Notes under the pieces: model-generated
What the model was told of the DNA's origin: nothing
What the model saw: the letters and a program-made list of their open reading frames with translations, nothing else
Databases searched by the model: none
Position numbers and translations under genes: made by a program
Virus record (IMG/VR): IMGVR_UViG_3300032237_000370
Location: 1-24,896 of that record
DNA from: a virus
Taxonomy: Duplodnaviria > Caudoviricetes
Reading direction: 5' to 3' (one strand)
DNA: 24,896 nucleotides
Part shown: in pieces, positions 24,286 to 24,896 of the stretch
How positions within the stretch are numbered: the first letter of the stretch is position 1
Layout of the letters: each line of letters starts with the position of its first letter

Positions 24286-24301
24286 CAGCTAACCTACCAA
24301 A

Positions 24302-24896
24302 CTAGTTAAACACCAATGTTAGAGCGCCACTATAACCGTTTGTGTCAATACCACGAAGATCACGGTAACTACTAGAGTCTAGTGTCATCATTCCTTTAGC
24401 AGCCCCAGATCCAAAGTTAGCTAAGAAGTTTGAAGGTAGTGAATAGGTAGCAACAGCATCTGTGCCACTCATGTTTGGGCCGTTATCAGCGATGTATAGC
24501 CCGTTTGGTGGTGATGCACCGTTTGTAGTGTCACCAGCGCTTGTTAATGAGTGTTGGCTAATGTAGTTGTAGCCTGAATATCCATTGTTACCGTTGCGCA
24601 CCATAACGATGGTTCCTGAGTCTGGAGTGTACCCCTTACAGGTATCAGAAACGCCAGTACCGTAAAACCAGTACCCATACTGAGTACCGTATGTGGAGCT
24701 GATGTAACCGCTTGAAACACCTTGGTAGGTAGCACGGAATCCACCGCCACCTGTGGTTTTCCAGGTTGCTGTTTGCGTTGCTCCCAATGTGAATGTTCCC
24801 AAAGGTTTAGCTATTGCCCCTGTGGCAGCGCTATACGCTGAGTTTCCATAAGTGTCTTGACCGTACGTGCGGTAGTAGACCCAACCTCCTCGGTAA
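24302..24896 (-). CDS. C-terminal part of a minor tail/fibre-like protein; 5' truncated
   Basis: Frame stays open from the window end (YRGGWVYYRTYGQDTYGNSAYS...) into the listed ORF; G/S/T/Y-rich, 'GYWFYG', ends 'GALTLVFN'. Confidence 0.65.
   Translation of the reverse strand, partial: YRGGWVYYRTYGQDTYGNSAYSAATGAIAKPLGTFTLGATQTATWKTTGGGGFRATYQGVSSGYISSTYGTQYGYWFYGTGVSDTCKGYTPDSGTIVMVRNGNNGYSGYNYISQHSLTSAGDTTNGASPPNGLYIADNGPNMSGTDAVATYSLPSNFLANFGSGAAKGMMTLDSSSYRDLRGIDTNGYSGALTLVFN

Noticed and set aside
1-24896. tRNA or other RNA genes, introns, stop-codon reassignment
   Set aside because: Intergenic gaps are all under about 80 nt, no cloverleaf was seen, and genes are full length in the standard code.

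Overview
This window is the virion-morphogenesis region of a tailed dsDNA phage with a contractile tail (myovirus), probably infecting an actinobacterium (inferred). All credible genes are on the minus strand. In transcription order (right to left): a truncated fibre-like protein, a KTSC-like protein, two small hypotheticals, terminase large subunit, an accessory island (133-aa and 119-aa proteins, an RBS-occluding hairpin, a 54-aa peptide, a Zn/HTH-like protein, a metallophosphoesterase and a 'WxD' protein), a portal interrupted by a 329-aa LAGLIDADG intein, scaffold, N4-gp56-type major capsid protein, a collar/HxH fibre, neck proteins and tail terminator. The tail module follows and resembles extracellular contractile injection systems (eCIS): sheath, tube, chaperone pair, tape measure protein with M15 peptidase and lytic transglycosylase, tube initiator, LysM protein, hub, and a truncated spike. 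The best leads are the portal intein carrying both Cys1 and the class-3 WCT triplet, a probable +1 frameshift in the tail chaperone, the apparently self-regulated phosphoesterase island between terminase and portal, and a hairpin that buries an RBS and start codon while carrying a promoter motif in its 5' arm. Family calls come from motifs and gene order read by eye; no searches were run.
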